This document shows, piece after piece, positions 16,336 to 24,433 of a DNA stretch of 38,410 nucleotides. The notes under the pieces are model-generated. The model did not search any database and had not been told where the DNA came from. It saw only the letters and a list, made by a program, of their open reading frames with translations. The DNA is from Actinomycetota bacterium (lineage in GTDB: Bacteria > Actinomycetota > Actinomycetes > Mycobacteriales > CADCTP01), in NCBI GenBank assembly GCA_046744115.1, contig JBKOXW010000147.1:1-38410 (forward strand). The letters are read 5' to 3'. The position numbers and the translations under genes were made by a program. Numbering within the stretch: position 1 is the stretch's first letter; the number at the start of each line of letters is the position of its first letter.

Positions 16336-17118
16336 ATGACTCTCTACCCGTACGCGGGGACTCTCGTTACGGTCGGCAGCGTGCCGGAGACTCACTTCGA
16401 CGAGTGGATGGCCGCGCGGTACGCGACCTTGTGGCCGGAGCTGTTCGATCCGGCGGTGGTGGACCCGGCCGTGAGCTTCCTCGCCGAACTGGCGGCAACG
16501 GGGCCCGCCCTCGAGTTCGGCATCGGCACCGGGCGCATCGCCATACCACTGAGCCGTCGGGGAGTGCGCGTGCATGGGATCGAGCTGTCTCCCGCGATGG
16601 TGGAACAGCTCGACGCGCAGCCGGGCGGCTCCGACATCGGCGTGACCATCGGCGACTTCGCGACCGCCGACGTGGGCGGTCCGTTCGCGCTCGTCTACCT
16701 GCTGCGCAACACGATCACAAACCTGACCGCGCAGGACGAGCAGGTCCAGGCGTTCCGCAACGCCGCAGCGCACCTACAACCTCGCGGCTGCTTCGTCATC
16801 GAGAACTACGTCCCGCAATTACGGCGACTTCCTCCGGGCGAGACCACCCACGTCTTCACTGCGACGCCCGGCCATCTTGGCTTCGAGGAGTACGACGTCG
16901 CGTCCCAGATCGCGGTGTCCCATCACTACTGGACGATCGAGGGCCGGCTCAGGACGTTCTCCTCGCCGCACCGCTACGTGTGGCCGTCCGAGCTGGACCT
17001 GATGGCGCGCCTGGCCGGACTGAGCCTGCGCGAGCGGTGGGCCGACTGGAACCGCGCCCCGTTCACCAGCGAGAGCCGCGGTCACGTCTCGGTCTGGGCG
17101 AAGCCACCGCGCCCGTGA
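16336..17118 (+). CDS. Class I SAM-dependent methyltransferase
   Basis: SAM motif ALEFGIGTGRIAIPL, followed by HGIELSPAMV and LQPRGCFVIE. Start is uncertain (ATG 16336 or GTG 16381). Confidence 0.8.
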   Translation: MTLYPYAGTLVTVGSVPETHFDEWMAARYATLWPELFDPAVVDPAVSFLAELAATGPALEFGIGTGRIAIPLSRRGVRVHGIELSPAMVEQLDAQPGGSDIGVTIGDFATADVGGPFALVYLLRNTITNLTAQDEQVQAFRNAAAHLQPRGCFVIENYVPQLRRLPPGETTHVFTATPGHLGFEEYDVASQIAVSHHYWTIEGRLRTFSSPHRYVWPSELDLMARLAGLSLRERWADWNRAPFTSESRGHVSVWAKPPRP

Positions 17119-17189
17119 TCGTTCGCTGCTATCGTCCGCTGCGGTCGACCGCTCGGCGGAAGCCGCGGGAGGGCAGAGGGTTGCGGACC

Positions 17190-18248
17190 GTGAGCGGGCA
17201 CGACACCGGCTCGGCGTCGCTGCGGATCGCTGTCGTCTCCTCGCCCTGGTTCGACGTGCCGCCGGACGGCTACGGCGGGATCGAGCGGGTGTGCTTCCAC
17301 CTGGTGGAGGGGCTCATCGACCGCGGCCATGACGTGACGCTGATCGCGAACGGCGCGGACCGCACCCGCGCCCGGTACCTGCCGGCGCTGCCCGAGCTGC
17401 CGTACGGCCTCGGCGGCATCGAGGGTCCCGCCCAGGAGGTGCGGTACGCGGCCGCCGTCGCCGAGGTGCTGACCAACGTCGACGTGCAGATCGTGCACGA
17501 CCACTCGCTGGCAGGCCCGCTGCTCGGGCGGGGGCGTGCGGCGCCCACTCTGGTGACTGCACACGGCCCAACGGACGGCCACATCGGCGACTACTACCGC
17601 CGGCTCGGGCTGCCGATCGTGGCGTCCTCGGATGCGCAGCGCCGCATCGCACCTGACCTCCCGTGGGTGGGCACGGTGCCGAACGCCCTCGACGTGCGCG
17701 ACTACCCGTTCCGCGCCGACAAGGACGACTACCTGCTCTTCCTCGGCCGGCTCTCCCCCGAGAAGGGCGTCCACGTCGCGGTGGACGCGGCCCGCGCCGC
17801 CGGCTCCCGGCTCGTGATCGCCGGTAAGTGCGCGGAGCAGCACGAGCAGCGCTACTTCGCCGAGTTCGTTCAGCCGAGGCTCGGCGCGGACACCGAGTTC
17901 GTCGGTGAGGTCGCCGACACGCGGCGCACCGACCTGCTGGCCCGCGCGCGGGCGCTGCTCGTGCCGGTCCAGTGGGAGGAGCCGTTCGGCCTGGTCTCCA
18001 TCGAGGCATTGGCCTGCGGCACGCCCGTGGTCGGGCTGCGACGTGGGGCGATCCCCGAGATCGTCGACGATGGCCGGACCGGCTGGGTGTGTGACGATCC
18101 CGCCGACATGCCCGCCGCGATACGTCGGCTGGACGAGATCGACCCTCGCGACTGCCGGGCGGCGGCCGAGCGGCGCTATCACACCACCGTGATGGCCGCC
18201 GCGTACGAGCAGATCTACCGGCGCCTCGTTCATGCGACCGCCGGGTGA
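17190..18248 (+). CDS. GT4-family (GT-B fold) glycosyltransferase
   Basis: N-terminal RIAVVSSPWFDVPPDGYGGIERV. C-terminal EPFGLVSIEALACGTPVVGLRRGAIPEIVDDGRTG (E-x7-E region). Start is GTG 17190 or TTG 17181. Confidence 0.85.
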   Translation: MSGHDTGSASLRIAVVSSPWFDVPPDGYGGIERVCFHLVEGLIDRGHDVTLIANGADRTRARYLPALPELPYGLGGIEGPAQEVRYAAAVAEVLTNVDVQIVHDHSLAGPLLGRGRAAPTLVTAHGPTDGHIGDYYRRLGLPIVASSDAQRRIAPDLPWVGTVPNALDVRDYPFRADKDDYLLFLGRLSPEKGVHVAVDAARAAGSRLVIAGKCAEQHEQRYFAEFVQPRLGADTEFVGEVADTRRTDLLARARALLVPVQWEEPFGLVSIEALACGTPVVGLRRGAIPEIVDDGRTGWVCDDPADMPAAIRRLDEIDPRDCRAAAERRYHTTVMAAAYEQIYRRLVHATAG

Positions 18249-18257
18249 GGCGGGCGG

Positions 18258-19103
18258 ATGTCGCTGCCCGACTGGCTGCCTCCGCGGGTCGACGGGCCGC
18301 TTGCCCGGAACGGCTACGCACTGGTCACCGACCTGGAGAGCCCGGCATACGCGAAGATCATGCGCGCACTGGAGGGATATCAGGCGGCATTCCTCGGCCG
18401 GACCCGCGAGCAGTGGGGAGATCACTTCCCGATTCCCGGCGACGCGCTGGCTCACTTCGGGCGCCAGTGGGAGTTTCCGTACGCCTGGGCCAACCTCGCG
18501 CCGGTGCGCGGCCGACTGCTGGACGCCGGCTCCGGCATCACGTTCTTCCCGTTCCTCTTGGCGACGGCCGGCTTCGAGGTCCACTGCTGTGACGAGGACA
18601 GCAGCCTCGGCCTCGCCGCGCGATACCGCCGTGCCGCCGCCCTCACCGGATGCCGCGTCACGTTCACCGAGGCGTCGCTGACCGACCTGCCGTACCCGGC
18701 CGGGAGCTTCGACGCGGTCGCGTGCATCAGCGTGCTCGAACACGTCGGCGCCGCCCGGCTGGAGATCATCACCGCGCTGGTGGAGATGCTTCGGCCGGGT
18801 GGACGGCTGGTCCTCACCTGTGACGTCGACCTGCGCCGTGAGGGCGGGCTGACCGTGGAAGATGTCGGGGCGCTGCTGGCCCACCTGGACGAGTCGTGCG
18901 ACCTGCTCTTCCCGCTCGACCTGCGTCGGCCAGGTCAGCTCCTGACCAGCGAGACCGTGCTTGCGTCGGCGCCGTGGCGGCTGCCCTGGCCGTGGCGACC
19001 GCCGGTGGGACCGGCGACCGCGCCGGCGGTAGGCGGCTGGCGCGACGAGTTCCGGTCGATCGCACTGCTGGGCGTCACCGCCGAGAAGCGGCACCCCCAC
19101 TGA
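18258..19103 (+). CDS. Class I SAM-dependent methyltransferase (second, unrelated copy)
   Basis: LLDAGSGITFFPFLLA, FDAVACISVLEHV, LRPGGRLVLT. Starts 9 nt after the GT4 stop. Confidence 0.75.
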   Translation: MSLPDWLPPRVDGPLARNGYALVTDLESPAYAKIMRALEGYQAAFLGRTREQWGDHFPIPGDALAHFGRQWEFPYAWANLAPVRGRLLDAGSGITFFPFLLATAGFEVHCCDEDSSLGLAARYRRAAALTGCRVTFTEASLTDLPYPAGSFDAVACISVLEHVGAARLEIITALVEMLRPGGRLVLTCDVDLRREGGLTVEDVGALLAHLDESCDLLFPLDLRRPGQLLTSETVLASAPWRLPWPWRPPVGPATAPAVGGWRDEFRSIALLGVTAEKRHPH

Positions 19104-19125
19104 TCATCGGCGATACGCTGATCCG

Positions 19126-22100
19126 ATGAGGTTGTTCGGCTGGCTGCGGCGCCGCCGAGAGCCGCCGCCGCGCCAGCCGAGCACGGCCGACGCCGACCTG
19201 GAGCGGTTCTTCACCGACGCCGAGGACGCGCGCCGTCGCTTCGACCTGCTGATCTCCGCCGACCGGCCGGCGAAGCAGATCGTGGTCATCCACGGCATCG
19301 GCGCGGTCGGCAAGTCGAGCCTGCTCCGCATGTATCGGCTGTCCTGCCGGCGCCACCAGCGACCGGTCGGGCTGGTCGGCGCCGAGGAAGCTCCGTCCAG
19401 TGTAGACATTCTCGACCGGTGGACCGCCGACCTTCGCGCGGACGGCGTCTCGATGTCGGCGGTCACGTCGTCGCTGGTCCGCTATCGCAAGCTCCTGGCG
19501 AAGGTCGAGGAGACCGCGCGCCGCGCCGGGCAGGACCAGGAGACTGCGGCCGCGGCGCTGACCACCGCCGCGGCGAAGGGCGTCGTGAAGGTGGCCGCGA
19601 GCGCCATCCCGTTCGCCGGGCTGATCGTCGATGCTGTCGGAGGCGAGGCGGTGGAGGCGGTGCTCAACGTGCTGCGCGCCTCGCTGTCCAAACCGGACTT
19701 CGATTTCTTCCTCGACCCCACCCGCCGGCTGACCGACGACTTCCTCGCCGACCTGGGTTCTGCCGCCGACCGGCGGCCGGTGCTGATGCTCGACACGTAC
19801 GAGCAGGCCACCGCGCTCGGCGACTGGCTGCGCGATCTGGTCCAGCGACTACCCGAGCCCACTCTCGTCGTGATCGCGGGACGGGTGATCCCCGAGTGGG
19901 ACCGCGCTTGGCAGGGGTGGATCGGCCGGGCCGAGATCATCGAGCTGACCGAGATGTCCGACGCCGACGTCCAGCGGCTGGTGCAGCAGTACTACGCACT
20001 GTTCGGCCGGGGGGAACCGGACGCCGACCATGTACAGACGGTCGTGCGGTTCGCCCGCGGTCTTCCGCTGGCCGCTACCACCGCCGTGCGCCTCTGGGTG
20101 AACCATCAGCTCACCGACCTGCAGCCGCTGGGCCAGAGCGCGGTGGCCGAGCTGGCGGACCGGTTGCTCGAGGGCGTGCCGGCCGAGCTGCGACCGGCGT
20201 TCGAGGCCGCGGCGGTGCTCCGCTTCTTCAACGCCGACTCGCTGGCAGCGCTCCTCGGCACCGACGGCAAGGCCGAGTACGACGAGCTGCGGCGCTGGCC
20301 GTTCACCCGGCCGAGGCGGGAGGGCCTTGCCGTTCACGACACGATGCGGGAGGTCATGAACGACGCGCTCCGAGCCCGGTCTCCGCACCAGTTCCGCGCA
20401 TACAACGAGGCCGCCGCGGCACACTACGCGGCGCTGCTGGCCGAGGCGAGCAGCGACGAGCGAGACCGGTTGCGGCTGGAATGGCTCTACCACTCGATCC
20501 GAGCCGACGAGAGGGCCGGCCTGCGCAACCTCCAGGAGCTGGCCGACGAGCTGGTCCGCTACCAGGTGGTGGGCAGGCTGCGAGCGTTGGTGAACGACGC
20601 CAGCAGCTACCCGCTCCAGGAGGAGAACAGCCGGCTCTGGCGGCGCTACTACGCCGCCCGGCTCGACCACCTGCAGGGCATGACCGCCCGCGCCGAGGCC
20701 GAATACCGCGCGATCGGCGACAGCGAGGACGCCGAACCGCGGCTGCGTGCGTACGCGTTGTGCGACCTCGGGACGATTCTCGTCTCGCTGGAACGGCTGG
20801 CCGCGCCAGACGGCGAGCGGCGCGCGGTGGACGTCATCGAGCGCAGCCTGTCCGCCTGGCCCCTGGACGCCAAGCTCGTCGCGAACCACGAGAGCCTGAT
20901 GAACGTCAGCAATGCGCGGGCGGACTGGCAGGAAAGCCTCGAGCACCTCCGGCCGATGCGCGAGCATGCCGAGTCCACCGGCGACAGCTTCGCCCTGATC
21001 ATGACGGACCGGCACGAGGCCGCCATCCACGCCCTGCGCGGCGACTGGCGCGGATACCTCACCGCGCGCCGGCACTACGAGGCGGCCGTCGCCGGGCTCG
21101 GCGACGTGCCCGCGTTGCGCATGCACGTCGCCTACTTCACCTGGCCGCTGGTCTACATGGGCCGCTACCGCGAGGCCCAGATCTCCAGCGAAGAGGCCCT
21201 GACGCTGGCCGTCCGGCTCGAAGAGAAGGAGCTGATGGTCACCGTGCTGGAGAGCGTCGGGCTTGCCCTCGGGATGCAGGAGGCGTACCCGCAAGCCGCG
21301 GAACGGTTCGGCGAGGCGTGGAACTTCTACGAGAACTTCCACGTCCCGGCGGCGACGGGGGAGACCGGTGCGGCCGACCGCTACGTCCGCGCGATGCTGA
21401 GCTTCCGCGGGCTGGTCGCGCTGCGGGCCGGCCGGCTGGACCAGGCCGACGCCGACCTGCAGCGGGCGCTGGACATCAAACGGCGGATCCGGGACCGGAT
21501 CGGCCTGCCGGAGGTGCACGCCTGGCGCGGCCAGCTGCACGAGCAGCGGGACGAGCCGGCGGCGGCCGAGGCGGAGTACCGCGAGGTTCTCGGCCTCGGC
21601 GACGTCGGCCGTGTCTACTTCGAGGCGACCGCCCGGGCCGGACTCGCCCGCCTGCATGCCGCCCGACACCGGGACCAGGAGTGCGCCGACCAGCTCGCCG
21701 CCGCGGAGCGCAGCGCCCAGCGGTACGAGTACAACGACCTGCTCGCCGCGCTCCGGCTGAGCCAGGCTCAGCTCGCGTGGGAGGGGCGGCTCGGAACGGA
21801 GGCGGGCTTCGACGCTGCGGCCGCCCGGTACCGGCAGGCGCTCGTGCACGCTCTCCGCTACAACCGGTTCGCCCTCGACGAGGTGCTCGGAGGACGGCCG
21901 GAAGGGACGCCGCTGCCCGCGGTCATTCCGTCCTGCCTGGAACGGGGCGACGAGGGCAACCGGATGCTGCACCTGTTGCACGAGTGGTGGCGGTCGGGCA
22001 CGAACGATGTCGAGCCCCCGCGGGAGGAGAGCATCACGCCACTGCCGGTGGGCGCCCCACTGCTCGAAGCCGAGCGCCTGGCGCGCACCCGGGAGCCGGG

Positions 22101-22167
22101 GTCGGGCGGGCCACAGCGGACCGTCCTCGAGCAGCTCGGGGCCGCGCTCGAGTCGCCACAGTCCTGA
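19126..22167 (+). CDS. STAND NTPase: NB-ARC-like P-loop domain with internal insertion, plus extended TPR-like helical repeat region
   Basis: Walker A HGIGAVGKSSL, Walker B PVLMLDTYE, TLVVIAGR, ARC-type GLPLA motif (FARGLPLAAT). About 600 aa of helical repeats follow. Only about 50 aa precede the P-loop. Confidence 0.8.
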   Translation: MRLFGWLRRRREPPPRQPSTADADLERFFTDAEDARRRFDLLISADRPAKQIVVIHGIGAVGKSSLLRMYRLSCRRHQRPVGLVGAEEAPSSVDILDRWTADLRADGVSMSAVTSSLVRYRKLLAKVEETARRAGQDQETAAAALTTAAAKGVVKVAASAIPFAGLIVDAVGGEAVEAVLNVLRASLSKPDFDFFLDPTRRLTDDFLADLGSAADRRPVLMLDTYEQATALGDWLRDLVQRLPEPTLVVIAGRVIPEWDRAWQGWIGRAEIIELTEMSDADVQRLVQQYYALFGRGEPDADHVQTVVRFARGLPLAATTAVRLWVNHQLTDLQPLGQSAVAELADRLLEGVPAELRPAFEAAAVLRFFNADSLAALLGTDGKAEYDELRRWPFTRPRREGLAVHDTMREVMNDALRARSPHQFRAYNEAAAAHYAALLAEASSDERDRLRLEWLYHSIRADERAGLRNLQELADELVRYQVVGRLRALVNDASSYPLQEENSRLWRRYYAARLDHLQGMTARAEAEYRAIGDSEDAEPRLRAYALCDLGTILVSLERLAAPDGERRAVDVIERSLSAWPLDAKLVANHESLMNVSNARADWQESLEHLRPMREHAESTGDSFALIMTDRHEAAIHALRGDWRGYLTARRHYEAAVAGLGDVPALRMHVAYFTWPLVYMGRYREAQISSEEALTLAVRLEEKELMVTVLESVGLALGMQEAYPQAAERFGEAWNFYENFHVPAATGETGAADRYVRAMLSFRGLVALRAGRLDQADADLQRALDIKRRIRDRIGLPEVHAWRGQLHEQRDEPAAAEAEYREVLGLGDVGRVYFEATARAGLARLHAARHRDQECADQLAAAERSAQRYEYNDLLAALRLSQAQLAWEGRLGTEAGFDAAAARYRQALVHALRYNRFALDEVLGGRPEGTPLPAVIPSCLERGDEGNRMLHLLHEWWRSGTNDVEPPREESITPLPVGAPLLEAERLARTREPGSGGPQRTVLEQLGAALESPQS

Positions 22168-22189
22168 CGATCCGACGAGGAGGGGCACC

Positions 22190-23164
22190 GTGGAGGGGGC
22201 CGAGGCGGACGCGGTGGCGACGGCGGCACGCGCCGGCGACGAGGCGGCGTTCGCTGCGCTGGTCGAGCGGCATCGGCGCGAGCTGCACGTGCACTGCTAC
22301 CGGATGCTCGGCTCGTTCGACGAGGCAGAGGACCTCGTGCAGGAGACGTTCCTGCGCGCGTGGCAGTACCGGGAGAGCTTCGACGGCACGTGGTTCCGCG
22401 CCTGGCTGTACCGCATCGCGACGAACGCGTGCCTCGACGCGCTCCGGCGCAACGCACGCCGGGTGCCGTCGCTGAGCTCGTTCGCCGACGTCCCGTGGCT
22501 GCAGCCGTACCCGGACCGGCTGCTGGACGAGATCGCGCCCAGCGAGGACGAGCCGGATGCCGTCGTCGTCGCCCGCGAGACCATCGAGCTCGCCTACCTT
22601 GCCGTCATCCAGCACCTGCCGCCGCGACAGCGCGCCGTGCTGCTCGTGCGGGACGTGCTCGGCTGGTCGGCTAGCGAGACCGCCACGGCGCTGGAGATCA
22701 GCATCCCCGCGGCGAACAGCGCGCTGCAGCGCGCCCGCGCGACGCTGCGGGAGCGGCTGCCGGCCGGCCGGATCGAGCCGTCCACAGTGGAGCCGACCGC
22801 GGAGGAGCGGGAGCTGCTCGCCCGGTTCATCGACGCGCACGAGCGGGCGGACGCGTCGGCGGCGGTCGCGCTGGCCCGCGAGGACATCCGGATCACGATG
22901 CCGCCGCACCCGTTCCTGTACGAGGGCCTGGAGTCGATCGCGCCGCTGCTGCAGGGTCTGACCGAGCCGGGGGAATGGCGGCTGGTGCCGACCGCGGCCA
23001 ACCGCCAGCCGACCGCGGCCAGCTACCTGCGCGAGCGCGGGGACACCGAGTTCCGCGCGTTCAAGCTCGACGTGCTGCGCATCGAGGGCGGCGCGATCGC
23101 GGAGATCACCACGTTTGGCGCCGGCCTGTTCCCCGCGTTCGGACTGGCGCCGACGTACCGATGA
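22190..23164 (+). CDS. ECF sigma factor with C-terminal NTF2/SnoaL-like extension (ECF41/SigJ-type architecture)
   Basis: GAGGAGG RBS before GTG 22190. Region 2 AEDLVQETFLRAW and region 4 LPPRQRAVLLVRDVLGWSASETATALEISIPAANSALQRAR. About 130-aa extension ending FKLDVLRIEGGAIAEITTFG. Confidence 0.85.
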   Translation: MEGAEADAVATAARAGDEAAFAALVERHRRELHVHCYRMLGSFDEAEDLVQETFLRAWQYRESFDGTWFRAWLYRIATNACLDALRRNARRVPSLSSFADVPWLQPYPDRLLDEIAPSEDEPDAVVVARETIELAYLAVIQHLPPRQRAVLLVRDVLGWSASETATALEISIPAANSALQRARATLRERLPAGRIEPSTVEPTAEERELLARFIDAHERADASAAVALAREDIRITMPPHPFLYEGLESIAPLLQGLTEPGEWRLVPTAANRQPTAASYLRERGDTEFRAFKLDVLRIEGGAIAEITTFGAGLFPAFGLAPTYR

Positions 23165-23191
23165 GTTTTGGCTCGCCCGAGGGTCTAGTCA

Positions 23192-23599
23192 GTGGAGACA
23201 TCTGTGCCGACCAAGATGGAGGGACACGTCGTGTTCGAGAACACCAAGGCGTTCAGCGGCTTCTCGGTGAACGACATACCGGCGGCCAAGAGGTTCTACG
23301 GCGAGACGCTCGGCCTGCGGGTGTCCGAGGAGAACGGCATGCTCACCCTGCACATCGCCGGTGACCGGGACATCCTGGTCTACCCCAAGGACAATCACAC
23401 CCCGGCGACGTTCACGATCCTCAACTTTCCGGTCGACGACGTCGACAAGGCGGTCGACGAGCTGACCGCGCGCGGCGTGCGATTCGAGCGGTACGAGGGC
23501 GTCGAGGCCGACGAGAAGGGGATCGTCCGCGGCGGCGGGCCGGCCATCGCGTGGTTCACCGACCCGGCCGGAAACGTCCTGTCGGTGCTCGAGATGTAG
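23192..23599 (+). CDS. VOC-family (glyoxalase/bleomycin-resistance fold) protein
   Basis: [21 protein letters not shown] and [15 protein letters not shown]. Confidence 0.85.
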   Translation: METSVPTKMEGHVVFENTKAFSGFSVNDIPAAKRFYGETLGLRVSEENGMLTLHIAGDRDILVYPKDNHTPATFTILNFPVDDVDKAVDELTARGVRFERYEGVEADEKGIVRGGGPAIAWFTDPAGNVLSVLEM

Positions 23600-23630
23600 T
23601 GACCCCGCGCGGCCGACAAGCGCGGTCGCC

Positions 23631-23659
23631 TTGACAAACAGAACTGTCGGTCATAGCCT
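23631..23659 (+). promoter_or_regulatory. Near-consensus promoter that would give a leaderless ArsR-family mRNA
   Basis: TTGACA (23631-23636) - 17 nt - TAGCCT (23654-23659). ATG 23667 lies 8 nt downstream with no SD sequence. Confidence 0.4.
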
Positions 23660-23666
23660 CGCCGGC

Positions 23667-24398
23667 ATGCTCGATGTGGCGGTGATCGAGGACCCGGCCG
23701 CGGCCGGGGTCTCGCTGGATCCGACCCGCGCCAGGCTGCTGGCGGAGCTGGCCGAGCCCGGCTCGGCCACGATGCTCGCGAGCCGGGTCGGCCTCCCGCG
23801 ACAGCTGGTGAACTACCACCTGCGCGAGCTGGAGCGGCACGGTCTGGTCGAGCTGGTGCAGGAGCGGCGGAAGGGCAACGTCACCGAGCGGCTGCTCCGC
23901 GCCACGGCGGCGTCGTACGTGATCTCGCCGGCCGCGCTGGCCGCGGTGCAGCCCGACCCGTCCCGCTCGCCGGACCGGCTGTCCGCGCGGTGGCTGCTCG
24001 CGGTCGCCGCCCGGCTGGTGCGCGAGGTGGGCGCGCTCATCACGGGCGCGACGAAGGCCCGCAAGCGGCTGGCGACGTTCGCCCTGGACGGCGAGGTGCG
24101 GTTTGCCTCCGCGGCCGACCGCGCCGCGTTCGCCGAGGAGCTCGCCGGCGCGGTCACCGCACTCATCGGCAAGTACCACGATGAGACGGGGGAGCGCGGG
24201 CGCAACCACCGCGTCATCGTCGCCGTGCATCCGACGCCGGCCCCGTCCACGGAGAAGGCGGAGGCGAGCGAGCCGACACCGTCGGCGGAGCCGACAGGGA
24301 CGACACCGTCGGCGGAGCCGACAGGGACGACACCGTCGGCGGGGCCGACAGGGACGACACCGTCGGCGGAGCCGACAGGGACGACAGGAACGACTTAG
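23667..24398 (+). CDS. ArsR-family winged-HTH regulator with repetitive Thr/Pro-rich C-terminal tail
   Basis: RARLLAELAEPGSATMLASRVGLPRQLVNYHLRELERHGLV. The tail carries (EPTGTTPSA) repeats. Confidence 0.8.
   Translation: MLDVAVIEDPAAAGVSLDPTRARLLAELAEPGSATMLASRVGLPRQLVNYHLRELERHGLVELVQERRKGNVTERLLRATAASYVISPAALAAVQPDPSRSPDRLSARWLLAVAARLVREVGALITGATKARKRLATFALDGEVRFASAADRAAFAEELAGAVTALIGKYHDETGERGRNHRVIVAVHPTPAPSTEKAEASEPTPSAEPTGTTPSAEPTGTTPSAGPTGTTPSAEPTGTTGTT
24270..24395 (+). repeat. 27-bp tandem repeat, about 4.7 copies, in-frame within the ArsR-family gene
   Basis: Unit gagccgacagggacgacaccgtcggcg at 24288, 24315 and 24342 (one A>G change), a variant last unit at 24369, and a shortened first unit at 24270. 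Confidence 0.9.
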
Positions 24399-24433
24399 CC
24401 GACCGAGACGACCGGGCAGAAGGAGCGCTAGCG

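Noticed and set aside
19126-22167. Calling the STAND NTPase an Avs/bNACHT antiphage system outright
   Set aside because: No effector domain and no neighbouring defence genes (restriction, toxin or nuclease) are visible. Actinobacteria also use NB-ARC/TPR proteins as transcriptional or developmental regulators. I keep it as a hypothesis in the findings, not as an annotation.
17082-22475. Very long overlapping ORFs (17082-19100 minus, 19849-22188 minus, 19419-22475 plus) across the GT4/methyltransferase/STAND region
   Set aside because: Their translations are Arg/Gly/Pro/Ala-rich low-complexity sequence with no motifs, and they overlap frames that carry clear family signatures. This is the typical stop-codon-poor shadow of high-G+C DNA.
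24270-24395. Possible CRISPR array because of regularly repeated 27-bp units
   Set aside because: The units are directly adjacent, with no spacers. They are in frame inside a coding sequence and encode a peptide repeat. No cas genes are present.
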